NCBI GenBank assembly: GCA_001244265.2
Contig: CDLV01000004.1
Location: forward strand, 434,001 to 498,000
Length of the DNA: 64,000 nt
Reading direction: 5' to 3'
Origin: Microbotryum violaceum
Lineage: Eukaryota
The position numbers were made by a program, and so were the translations under genes. Shown in pieces: positions 24,881 to 37,144 of this stretch; the stretch's first letter is position 1; every line of letters starts with the position of its first letter. The notes beneath the pieces are model-generated. The model ran no database searches, was not told the origin of the DNA, and saw nothing but the letters and a program-made list of their open reading frames with translations.

Positions 24881-27800
24881 GGAGTTTCCTTTTGCCAAGT
24901 CATCTTGGGCCCTACTGGGTCTTAAGGGTATTAATGGTGGGACCAAAAGCTGACTGGTCACTTGCTGTGAAGTGTATTAGATATATATAAAATGTGGCTC
25001 ACGGTTCGCTCCCGCACTTTGAAGCTTTGACCTTGGCCCAAGCACGTGCACATCGACGCGTCGACGCACACTGGGTGACTAAATGCTCCTCAAATTGAGT
25101 CGGACCAGGTTCATGATTGGTCCCACTTCTTTTTTCATGTTCCTGTTCTTGTTCTTTTGCAATGATTGAGTGGGGGCGATCTTACACCTTGTCCAAACAC
25201 GACCTCATCGCTGTCTCTCGCGCCTCGCATCTTAACCAATGATCATTTTGTGATTGTTCCGCATCTCGATAGTTGACACAAAGCACACAAGGGGACCACA
25301 CCGGTGATATTTCCGGTAGGACGTCTCAGAATTTGGGTGTGTAGCTCATCATTCTCTCATCACCTGATTGTGTCCTATTCTCTGAAGTGCGACTTGACTT
25401 CTGACAAATCGCACTTTTCACAATGCATGCATGACCAGGGACTTCTCGCTTGACCCTCAGCTGCGCACCCAACGCAGCATCGGACAGTGCAGTAGAAGGC
25501 TATGGGCAAATTGATGGGAAGTGCAATACAGAGGGCGACTGATAAATCTCAGGTTCTATCTGCCATGTGGAAACCCGAGTATTCAAGACGATTTCGATCG
25601 CAATGTTGACCACCGGTGGATTTTCCCCGCGCCGGGTACCCTGACTCAAAAACCTAGTCACTTTCAGTGCCATTACAGTACGATCTGGTGATGACCCTCG
25701 TTCTTAAAAAGATGATTTCAAGCAAAAAAAAAACCGAGGAGACCGATTGAGATACCACCAGAACTGTCATCTGTAAAGGCTGCGTTGGTCGACAGTAGAA
25801 ACAGTCGGAGGCCAGCAATAGCTCGCAGGCCACTCGTGCACTCTGATGCGAGGAGGAATGGTAGGGTACGAAGAACAACATTGTGATCCTGACTCAGTGA
25901 TGTTCGTTCAGGTGTATACACCCCACTTTTATGTCCATAGCTAACTCTGAGCTTCCGCCTTTACGATGTAACAGTAGTACATGTACCGGTGAGAGCACGC
26001 AACAGATCGGGTCACACGGCAGAGAGCACATGAAAGGCGCAGGTGTGATTGGCATCAAAGTCACCTTTTTCTCAGCACCGGGACAGATATCATTGATATA
26101 TTGTCAAACTCATTCCTCGTTATCAAACTAGAATGAGTTCAATTGTACACGAACATCCCGTCAGGGGTATTAAGTGCGTCGTCATGTATCTGAAATGTCG
26201 AGAGTCGATAATGTCGACGCAAACGTACAACTGTCTAAGTGGCTGTGTGGCTTAAAGTGGCCAAGACAACAGCATTGAAAAGCACCGAAAAACAGATCGA
26301 GTATGGGACCAGATTAGCCTTCGTTCGAGAACACATTAGAGTGTTGGGGTAAATGGAGTCTGATAAGTAGCAATGTGATCTCTGCTGAGATCTCAGGAAG
26401 TATCAACAAAGACCTGGCACGGACTTCGGGCATCTGACTGGCCTGACTGCGCACGCTATAAACACCAAACGCAATGGCGGAAATTTGAAAGCGCACTAAC
26501 TAAGCGCAGCCAAGAAGAATGCCCGCTTATCTTATCGCCAGCAGCAGAGAGCTTTCCTTCTGGATCTCTAGCTGACCTGTTGGACCTCCCGCTGTCGGCA
26601 CTACTGCTGGGCAGTAACCTTTTCAAGCGGGCTAGAGCGCATTTAAGCGGTAGCCAACCCCTGTCAGCGTTGGTTGCTTCTCGGTCCTATGGTTGCTACT
26701 TTGCATTCCCTGCACTTCCGAGGGAAGGGCAATATTGTAAGACATGAAGAGACACTAGTCAATGAAAAGGCAAAAGCACGCGAGCGCTCGCATCATCTGT
26801 TTGGATTGAGGCTTTTGGAACAAGAGCCTTCGATTCCAGACAGCCATTAAACATTTCCCAAGTTTCGTCATCACTGCCATCATCTTCCGCATTGAACTCC
26901 CACTCCTCAAGCACAAATGCACCGTTGTCTGTGGCGTCGATAGAGTAATGACTCAAATCGTCGCTCAATTGATCACTCATGTCAAAGTCAACTCCTTCGT
27001 TCGTGTTGTCGTCCGTCTCATCAATCGTGTCACCAGGGCTGCGGGCAAACGAAGTTAGGCCATCCGCTGTCGTTTGCTGAAAAAGTTCAGCGTCGTCGGT
27101 ACACCAAAGCCGAAGCGCCACGCACCCCTCCATCGGTTGTTCGCCCGTGCCTTGGGTGCACTGCCACAGGTAGTAATCAAGGCTCGGGATCGATGGCTCC
27201 GATGAAGGAGGGCTCCGAGTCGGCCGACGTGTCGGACGCGGCCTCGTTGGGTTGCCGTGAATACTGTGCTACTCGGGATCCGGTCGCATCCGCTATTTCG
27301 ATTTCTCGAGGCTAATAGAAGTCGTAGCGGCAGTAAGTTCTGGACTCGGGCGTCTCGACGACGAGTCATTCCCGGCGGCCACGAGAGGAGGGAGGCTAAA
27401 GCCGGCTTACGGGAGGGAGAGGAAGAGGATGTGATTTCGAGGGGGCCTTCACTTTTGCGCCGCAAAGACTCGGAAAATGACGAGCAATGGTGGGATCGGT
27501 AAGGCAGCATTTGGAAGGAAGACCGAGCCCGATATGCGGAGGTTACAGTGAAGGGGAATGAACAGAAAGCAGCCGTTTGAACTGCCGGGACTTTTGAGGG
27601 GAGTTTTCTTCTTGTTTTCAGGAAAACTTTCCAGGATCCAATACGATATTTTTCTTGTCTCTCACTTTTTGCGTGTTTCAAGTCTCGTTTGGCATCGTCT
27701 CCAGCCTCCGTCCTCAGCGTTTCGTTCTCGAACTCGGCCTCGCTTCTCGATTCTACCCCACTGCAGTCTCTCGTGTCTCTCGCCTTGGTGTCTTAAAAGC

Positions 27801-28625
27801 TCTTAGTCATACCTTAGCTTTTATTATCATATCAGCTTTGATCGCTATACCATAATGCCAGCAGCGTGGCCGGAGGATTCTACAAACGCCTCGCTCTTCG
27901 GGGACACGACTGGCTCCTTTTCTTGCTCTCGCACGGGCCATGACCTCATGGCATCTTGTTCTTTTTCTTTTTCTTCTTCGCCCCATCCTCTGGCCCCGTG
28001 GTCGCCCCGCTCTCGATGATCGCGTCAGCCTTCTTCTTCTTCCTCCGCCTCGTGAATTTCTTACGCTTGGTCTTGGTGTCTTTTTCCTTTTCTTTCCCCA
28101 CTAGGGACGCTGGATTTGCTTGTGGTAGTGGCGATGTGTGTCGCAGGGAGCCTAAGCTCAACTAAGCCCTCCCTCTGGGAGGGGCTTACGAGTTATCGGC
28201 GCGCTTGGCCCAGTTGCCCTCCGAAATTTCAGGGCCATTTTGGGGTGGTTCTCTGTATCTTGGCAACTAGGCGCATTCCTGCAAAAGTGAGGGATACTAT
28301 TTTTCTTTATGCTCTAAAACTGACATAACCCAAGTGGCGGGAGCTCTCATGAGCTGTGGGTGGAGCTACAGCGATCTGAAGTCTGCGGTTTCGGTCGATC
28401 GGGCCTCAGATGGTGGCAGAGCGTGAACGGGCCGTGGCAATCGTCGAGCGAGGTTGTGCAGTGGTGGCGAGGCCGCCGTTAAGACGATCACTGTGCTTGA
28501 TACGACGGCCCAAAAAGTTCGACAACTCTCCGTGTTTTTCGGTGACCGTCTTGAAGTTGGTGAAGAACAGGCCGCAAGCAGTCATGATGTACGGTCGCCA
28601 CGCAGCATGAATCCGATCGCATATT

Positions 28626-28666
28626 TGTTGTGGGAAATTAGTGGGGTCTGCGGTCCAGAGGGACTT
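28626..28666 (+). repeat. 41-bp 5' end of a family-B Copia LTR
   Basis: Identical to 48610-48650 (TGTTGTGGGAAATTAGTGGGGTCTGCGGTCCAGAGGGACTT). Confidence 0.85.
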
Positions 28667-28827
28667 TCGACTCCATCGTAAGAGCGCAATGCGAACCGAA
28701 ATAGCTGGGATGGAGTCGGATTTGCAGCATAAGAACCAGGCATCCCGTAACAAATGGGATGGGTTGAAAATCTACCCACAAGAGACCATAGATAAGAAAG
28801 TAAAGGAAAGAAATAGACCAACATAAC

Positions 28828-31000
28828 CTAGTGGGAACCCGTTAAATTAACGGGAGGATGATATTCAAAAAATAGCAGGATAATCGAACAGTCTACATGA
28901 TTTCAGCGCAGAGGTTAAGAAAACATGGGTTGTACAGCAAAGAAACAAAATCCATTCATCACCGAAACAGCCTGGCCGTTGCTTGTTGCCGGACTTGGCT
29001 TTGAGCCCTCGTGCAATGAGGTCCGGACGGTTGTATGCTTTGTCGTTCGGCCCCAGTGCAGCCTTGATTTCCGGCCATTCGGGGTTGCACGTCACCGTGA
29101 TGAACAGCGAAGGCTTCCCGTATTTGACGACACACGCCATCGCATCTTGGTAACGCTGCGTGACCTCCCGCGGGCTATTCTTGAACGTCGACCCCAATAT
29201 CACCGAACGTCCAATCTGATCCGGGGTCAAACCTTTGGCAACGGCGTCGGTGATGCCCTGCGCCGTGGTTAGGCGCAGGTTCTCTTGATGAAAGCGGATA
29301 TAGTTAAGTCGATCGGTCTCGACTTGGGAGTATCCGTAAGTGACAAAGTCGAGGAGGAGACGCTGGGTGGCATGTGGGATTGAGAAGTAGTCGCCGCGTT
29401 CGTGCAAGTAGTATGCAAGATATTCGTCGTCTCCTTGATGATCGTCCTAGATGTTCGAGCATTCTATGTGAGTCTGTGCTTACATCTCAACAGAAAGGAA
29501 CATATGAGAAAGAGCGGAAGACGCTTACGTTCACCATCACCATTCTCTTCGTCCCCTCCTCGCCGTCTTCATCCTCATCGTCGCGGTCTTCGTCCTCCTG
29601 TTCGTCTTCTTCATCTGGACCAAGGCCGTCAAGTAGCTCGCGCAATTGGACACCATTGTCGATCTGCTCTCGGTTTCTGGCGATGGGCGGCCCAGCTTGG
29701 TTGAAACCGCAAAGAGGAATGTTGGGGTGGAAGCCATCTTCCCCGCGGGAAGAGTAGTGGGTACCGGAGAGGCATCGCAGACGGATGGAGCGAGCTAACG
29801 ATTTGGTACTTGGGCCGACCATCGGGACATCGATCACCGTGCACCTGGAGAATAAGGTCTTGCGGTCCACGATCCCCGTGTTGGTGTCGGAATCGCAGAT
29901 AAGCATCGCCATTTCCGTGCTTGACGTAGGAAGGTTGTGGGTGCGTCGGTCTCGGCCTGGTGGTAGGCAGAGGCGCAGGATCATCCACTCTTTGGCCGTA
30001 TCTCAACCTGCGCGAGGTTTGGCCGATGCGAACTCCCTCACAAAGCGATTGCCGGTGCGCAGGATGGACTCGAGCTTGGTCAAAGTAGATCGTCGCATGC
30101 GACTGTCTGCGCCGTCGGGTCCAAGTCGAGTGTCGGTGGCCTCGGCCGGGTCGATCAGCCATGTTTGAGCAAAGGCTGGGCGTTGATTCACGGCAGGGAT
30201 CAGGGCGCCGAGTCGATGGTAAAGACGACCGAACACGCGAAACACGGGAGGTCCTAGAGTGTCCACTTGAGTTTGGTCCCAGTGGGCAGCGAGCGAAGTA
30301 AAGGACAGTGCGTTATTGTAAGACCGGGCATCCTCGCGAAATGCTTTAGCGTCTGTGTAGGTGCATCGCACAGTTCAGCATGTGGGCCATACTGCAGAGA
30401 GATGTTGTTGGACGGAGCAACTGACCGCTATCCGAGCCTTGAAGAAGCTGCCGATACTCGAGATTGGGCTGGGGAGGGGGAGGTAGCCAGCCGCACCTTG
30501 CCCTGCGAGCAGCACGCGCTGAAGTGTCTGGTCGACTTCGACCTTTCGCACTCCCAGTGCCGAGCCTTGCAGTGGGTGCACACGGCCGTCTGGGGGCCGA
30601 GGTCGTCGCGGATCGAAACGTGGGCTTGAAGGGTTTGAGCGCGTTTCGAGCCCGGCGCACTCGCCTTCGCGGAGGAGGTGGTGGTGGGGCGAGCCCAGCG
30701 TCGAGTTGGCCATCGCGCTGACCACGCTGTCCGTTCTGCACAGCTGCACGGCGGGCTCGTATACGTGTCGCAATGCCAAGATCGGTTGCATTGTTGTCAT
30801 GACGCGCGGGGGGCTGATTCTGTTGATCGGAGCGGGACGAAGAGGAGGGTCGAGCCGCGGGGCGCCCAGCAGCGGGCGCTCGAGCAGGCCCATGGTACGG
30901 CGCTACCCTCGCGCCCAAGACTTGGCGAGGTTGCGATGGCCCTCCCTGGCGACCTTGGGACCGGGGCATTACACAGAAGCGAAGGTTTGTTCTTGAATGA
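28828..31000 (-). mobile_element. Internally deleted Helitron (RepHel N-terminal part plus 3' end); 5' boundary approximate
   Basis: YNNALSFTSL, YHRLGAL and DAMACVVKYGKPSLFITVTCNPEWPEI motifs; 3' hairpin CCCGTTAA-N-TTAACGGG (28838-28854) then CTAG; lacks the HUH motif and helicase. Confidence 0.88.
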
Positions 31001-31551
31001 GTGTCACTAAAATTGGATGAGAGTGGGAGGGAGAAAGGAAAGGTTCGAGGGAGTGGCACAGGATTATTTACGTGGTTTGTTTTGTTGTTTAGCCCCTAAT
31101 GCCGGTGGTTGACTGCCGGCCGGGCAATGACACGGCGGGCACGCCGCATCACGTGACAAATGTTAGCCCTCGCCCGCGCGTCAGCCGCCAGGCGCCAGGC
31201 GGAGCTGTGCTGTAGAGGCAATGTCATGCAAAGCCAGGCGCCTGCCGTCCATTAAATGCAATATAAGTGTAAGCATTGTTTGACGTCAACTGAAAAACGA
31301 AAGAAAATACTGGGAGCGCTGTAGCTTCGTTGGAACGGCGCGGAAAATACAAAAGTCACCACAGGGCTGGTACATGACTTCTGATCGGAACATGGACACC
31401 ACAGGCAGGTGCGGCAGACACAGCAGTATGCTGGTACATCCACCACAGGCGGCCCGGAGGGCCGCAACCTAGTTAAAAACAGCGATTTAGGTACATTCCT
31501 TAACTCACTTTTTTTTTACTAGTTAGGGTAACTAGTTAGGGTAAAGGGTAA

Positions 31552-34500
31552 CCAGTGGGAACCCGTTAAATTAACGGGAGGATGAAAATTAAATAGCAGA
31601 ATCGTGATCTCAGTTGAAGGTGAAACACACAATACAAAGGACAGCTTCAAAACTATTCCCCATTCATTGCTCTGAGAACAGAGCGGAAGACTGGGTTTGG
31701 GGTCGCGGTGGCTGCCGCTGCCGCTCGATCAACGGCTGTGTAGGTCGTCGTCATCATCGGCGGGGTCGCGAGAGGGCAGTAGCACCTTGATTCGATCAAC
31801 ACTCATGGCTCGAGACAATGCCACATACAGCTGCCCATGAGTGAAGACGGGATGTAGGGAGAGATCGACGCCAACACGATCGAGTGATTGACCTTGGGCT
31901 TTGTTGATCGTCATGGCCAAGGCAACGCGAAGCGGGAATTGGAGCCGGCGCATAGTGAAACCAAGTTGGCGACTGCCAGTCGCATTTGTCTCAAGTCGCA
32001 CGCGAGGGATGAAGACCGTGGTGCCCGCTCGATCTCCGGTCAAGATGATGGCTTGAATGACTCTCGATCTTGCGTGCGACACGATCAGGCGGGTACCGTT
32101 GCAGAGGCCCGCGTCTGGGTCCAAATTGCGAAGAAGAACGACGGGGATCCCTTCCTTAAGACGCAAGTGATGCGCGGGAAGTTGGATGGGTTGATTGAAT
32201 GTTGATACTCTGGCGAAATCAGTTCCGGCGCCATTCCACCCCAGTTTCGCCTGCCTCAACGACCTCATCTGCGCTGCGATACTCGATGTAGTCGCCATTG
32301 AACTCTTCCAGCAGCTTGGCATTGATGTGATCGACCGTTGCATTATGCGGAGCTAGGATTGCCTGACGTGAGAACAGCTGAATCAGGTCTTCGAGGGACT
32401 CCTTGTTCACGGTCCTTAAACCGGGGTAGACAAAGTTGATCAACCCTTCGGCCGTTCTTTGACCGTCCGGAAGCAGCAGGTAATCAGGCAACTGCGAAAC
32501 GGATAGAAGGGGTCTTAGTGTCGGTTGGTTGGGTAAAAGAGGGGAGCCAAACGTACTGCAATTTTGTCGTATGGGTGCATGTTGGCAGTTCCATCTCCCA
32601 CGGTGAGTAGCCATTCCGCAAAGTCGCGCGTTCGAGCCAATTGAGCCTCGTCCATCGCATCAGCGTTCGAGCTGAGACGCATGTTCTCGGTAAGTCGCAA
32701 GACACGAACGTCGCGCCAGAAGTCTGCCTTGATGAGGGATGCATCGACGATTTGACCGGGAGTTCCTTTGGGAACGACAGGAAGACACTGGCGAAAGTCC
32801 CCTACAAATTGGAAACCTCGTTAGCATGCCGCTGTTCAGAGCGGAGGCGGAAGAGCCCAACTGACCCGCAAAGATCATTGTCACCCCGCCGAAGTGCTCC
32901 TCGGTCCCTCGGAGATCACGCAGTAAACGGTCGACAGCTTCCACCGCGAATCGATGCGCCATTGGGGCTTCATCCCAAATGATGAGCTTGGTGGTACGCA
33001 GCATCAGCGCGAGATCACTCTCCCTGTCGACTGGACACGTCGAGGTTGGCAAGGTGTCGAGTGGGATTCGAAAAGTTGAATGCGCCGTGTGTCCTCCCTT
33101 GAGAAGCAACGCCGCTACTCCGGACGACGCCACCGCAATCGCTTGGTCGCCTCGAGCTCGCACAGTATCGAGAAGGGCATTTTCCACAAAAGTCTTGCCT
33201 GTACCCCCAGGTGCTAGCAGGAAAAACACATGCTGCGGCCCAAGGTTGTTGTCGCGCATCTGATCGACGACATCGAGCTCGACCGCGCGAAGACACTCGT
33301 CAAATGCAATTCGTTGGTCGTGGTTCAGACGGGCATGCGCCGCTTCGGCATCTTGCGCGCATTGCTGGCGATCAAAACGGGGAAGCCGTTCCTCGAGACG
33401 ATCAAACAGCCGCACTTCGTCCTCGGTCGGCTCGGGAAGATCAAAGAAGGCCAAAGTTCGATCGTTTGCCGCAAGGAGGAGACGAATCTTGTTGAGGATC
33501 CACAGGCGGATGGTTTGATCGTTGACGGGCACGTCTTCATAGCGTTCGATGTGATAACGGGCATCGTCGCTAAGAGAAGCAAAGTGACGATCCAGCAAAG
33601 CTGGTGGGTTGGCAACCGTCGCATGGATGAGCATGAACACGAATAACTGGCGTAGTTGGTCACCGGTTTCAATCTGTGCAGCTTCCCTGAGACAAATGTG
33701 ATGCTCGCCATCGTCGGCGAGAAGTCCGCGAGCGGCGCAAGCGGCGCGATAGGAAGGATACACGACGTCTTCGAACATGAGCAGGTCCGCAAACGATGTC
33801 GGGCCCATGACGACCTCGAGGAGCAGTCTGAGGTAAAAGCGCTCCCCACTACGCAGTGGGACGGTGTAGATTCGTCCAATGACATTGCGATCATGGACTC
33901 GGCGTTTCCAGCGCAACTTCTCCTTATTCCAGGAGTAGTAGCGCGGCACATTCGTGTAGAGCAACGTGGTAGTGAGCTCGCCGTCGGGAGCTGCAGCGCA
34001 CAGGTCGAAGAAGCCGGTCAGTTTGGAGCGAGTGGGCGGAGTGTCGAGGGGCAGCGGTTCATTGGGATTGATCTGCACAGATTGTTGATTCTCCAGATGG
34101 ACCGGTAGTCGATTGACGGGTGGCCACACTCTACCGACCGAGAATCCGAATAGGCGGTGGACCGCTTCTGGAGCACTGATGTAGCGACCTTCGACGAACT
34201 CGTTGATCTCATCTCGAACCGGTTCGTCCTCGCGAGCCCCTTCACCGTTCGCTGCACGCTCAACACGCGCCACAGCTCGATCCGGACCTTTGTACACATA
34301 CTTGAAGAGGTACTTGATCGCGCCGATCGTTGTCACAGCCTCCACATTGATATGCGCATTGTACTTGGCGCAGAGATAAGGCGAGTACGGCACGCAGTCA
34401 CCATCGTTGTAGATAACACCCCCATTGACAACGGCGTGGCGAAAGCGTCGGCGATACAACGGGTAGCCTTCAGGGTGCATGCGGGTGTGGGGGTTCTGTT

Positions 34501-36392
34501 CGCGAGGAAAACGGCGCTTGCACCTCGGATTACCGTACTTGTCCTTCTCCATGCAGGGCTGAGTCGAGTTTCCGCCACACTTGCCATGCAGCATGTGCTT
34601 TGTAACGGTCTCGTGGAGATCAGGATAGCGCGAAGGATCGGGTATCTCGGTCGAGATCATCTTGTCGATCGCTTCCGTCGACGAAGGATGATCGTCCGGC
34701 GCGAGGGTGATGAGGATATGGGCATGTGGCAGGCCCCGCTTCTGATACTCAATCACATGTGTATGCGTCAGAACCACGCCAAAACAGCCTGCACGTTGCT
34801 TGTTGCCAAAAACGTCGTCGCAGAGTCGGTTCAGCTTGGCCTCAAACACTCGTGCAATGAGATCCGGACGGTTGCATGCTTTGTCGTTCGGCCCCAGTGC
34901 AGCCTTGATTTCCGGCCATTCGGGGTTGCACGTCACCGTGATGAACAGCGAAGGCTTTCCATATTTGACGACGCAAGCCATCGCATCTTGGTAACGCTGC
35001 GTGATCTCGCGCGGGCTATTCTTGAACGTCGAGCCCAAAATCACCGAACGTCCAATTTGATCCGGGGTCAGGCCGTTGGCAACAGCGTCGGTGATGCCTT
35101 GGGCCGTGGTGAGGCGCAGACTTTCTTGATGCAACCGGATGTAGTTGAGTCGATCGGTCTCGACTTGGGAGTATCCGTCAATCACGAACTCGAGGAAGAG
35201 ACGCTGGGTGGCATGCGGAATGGAGAAGTAGTCGTCGCGTTCGTGCAAGTGATATGCAAAGTATTGGGAACGCGAAACTCGGGTTGATCCACCTCGACCC
35301 CTCTTGTTTGATCTTCGTCCTAGATTTTCGAATAATTTATGTCAGTCTGAGGGTGCGTCTCAACAGAGAGGTATATGAGAATGAGCCGAAGACGCTTAAC
35401 TTACGTTCACCATCACCATTCTCTTCGTCCTCCTCGTCGCCTTCATCCTCATCGTCCTCCTCTTTGTCTTCTTCATCTGGACCAAGGCCGTCAAGTAGCT
35501 CGCGCAATTGGACACCATTGTCGATCTGCTCTCAGTTTCTGGCGATGGGCGGCCCAGCTTGGTTGAAACCGCAAAGAGGAATGTTGGGGTGGAAGCCATC
35601 TTCCCCCGCGGGGAAGATTAGTGGGGTACCGGAGAGGCATCGCAGACGGATGGAGCGAGCTAACGATTTGGTACTTGGGCCGACCATCGGGACATCGATC
35701 ACCGTGCACCTGGAGAATAAGGTCTTGCGGTCCACGATCCCCGTGTTGGTGTCGGAATCGCAGATAAGCATCGCCATTTCCGTGCTTGACGTAGGAAGGT
35801 TGTGGGTGCGTCGGTCTCGGCCTGGTGGTAGGCAGAGGCGCAGGATCATCCACTCTTTGGCCGTATCTCAACCTGCGCGAGGTTTGGCCGATGCGAACTC
35901 CCTCACAAAGCGATTGCCGGTGCGCAGGATGGACTCGAGCTTGGTCAAAGTAGATCGTCGCATGCGACTGTCTGCGCCGTCGGGTCCAAGTCGAGTGTCG
36001 GTGGCCTCGGCCGGGTCGATCAGCCATGTCTGGGCAAAGGCTGGGCGTTGATTCACGGCAGGGATCAGGGCGCCGAGTCGATGGTAGAGGCGACCAAACA
36101 CGCGAAACACGGGGGGTCCTAGCGTGCCCACTTGAGTTTGGTCCCAGAGGGCAGCGAGCGAAGTGAACGACAACGCGTTGTTGTACGACCGGGCATTCTC
36201 GCGGAATGCAACCGCTTCTGTGTGGGTGGGTAGAACAGTTCAGCATGTGGGTCTACTGCAGACGAACGTTGTTGGACGGAGCAACTGACCGCTATCCGAG
36301 CCTTGAAGAAGCTGCCGATACTCGAGATTGGGCTGGGGAGGGGGAGGTAGCCAGCCGCACCTTGCCCTGCGAGCAGCACGCGCTGAAGTGTC
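31552..36392 (-). mobile_element. Helitron encoding RepHel (HUH Rep plus PIF1 helicase), 5'-truncated
   Basis: ORF 32660-35248: VIEYQKRGLPHAHIL, KYLFKYVYKG, APGGTGKT, IIWDEAPM; ORF 31729-32343: AMTINKAQGQSL, HGQLYVALSRA; same 3' hairpin followed by CTGG|T. Confidence 0.95.
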
Positions 36393-37144
36393 GTACGTCA
36401 TCGTGATGAGCAGCGGAGGCTTTCCATGTTTGACAACGCACGCCATCGCATCCTGGTATCGCTGCGTGATGTCGCGCGGTCTATTCTCGAACGTCGAGCC
36501 CAAAGTCATCAAACGTCCAATTGGGTTCGGGGCCAAGCCGTTGATGCCTTGGGTCGTGGTGAGGTATAGGTTCTCTTGATGCAACCGGATGTGTAGAGTC
36601 GATCGGTCTCGACTTGCAGTATATTCATAAATCACAGACTCCAGGAAGGGACCGTGGGTGCAATGCGGGATTGAGAAGTACTCGTCGCCTTTGGCAAGTA
36701 GTGCGCAAAGAATTGTGAACGCGAGACTCGCCACCTCGACCCCTTTACTGGACCTTTGTCCTAGGTGTTCAAAAGTTCAATGTCAGTCTGTGCTTGCGCC
36801 TTAAACAGAATGGAACATCAGAGAAAGAGCCGAAGACGCATACGTTCACCATCACCATTCTCTTCGTCCCCCGCCGTCTTCATCCTCATCGTCACAGTCT
36901 TCGTCCTCCTCTTCGCCTTCGTCAGCAAGACCGAGACCGGCAAGTACCTCCCGCGATTGGACACCTTTGCCGATCTGCTCTCGGTTTCTGGTGATTGGCA
37001 GCCCAGCTTAGCAAAGCCCGCAAAGAGAAATGTTGGGGTGGGACCCATCTTCCCCTGCAGGAAATAGTAGTGGCTACCGGAGAGGCAAGGCAGACGGATG
37101 GAGTGAGCTGATGACTTGGTACTTGGGCCGACCATCGGGACATC
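36393..37144 (-). mobile_element. Degenerate Helitron Rep fragment
   Basis: Diverged paralog of ~34930-35700 (QRYQDAMACVVKHGKPPLLITMT). Confidence 0.8.

Noticed and set aside
24900-28600. Short ORF fragments and a hairpin at ~28164-28187
   Set aside because: Probably degenerate TE or gene remnants, but no family motif or boundary could be supported
34157-35287. 376-aa plus-strand ORF (and similar antisense ORFs over the Copia elements)
   Set aside because: Antisense shadow of GC-rich RepHel or gag-pol coding sequence with no independent motifs
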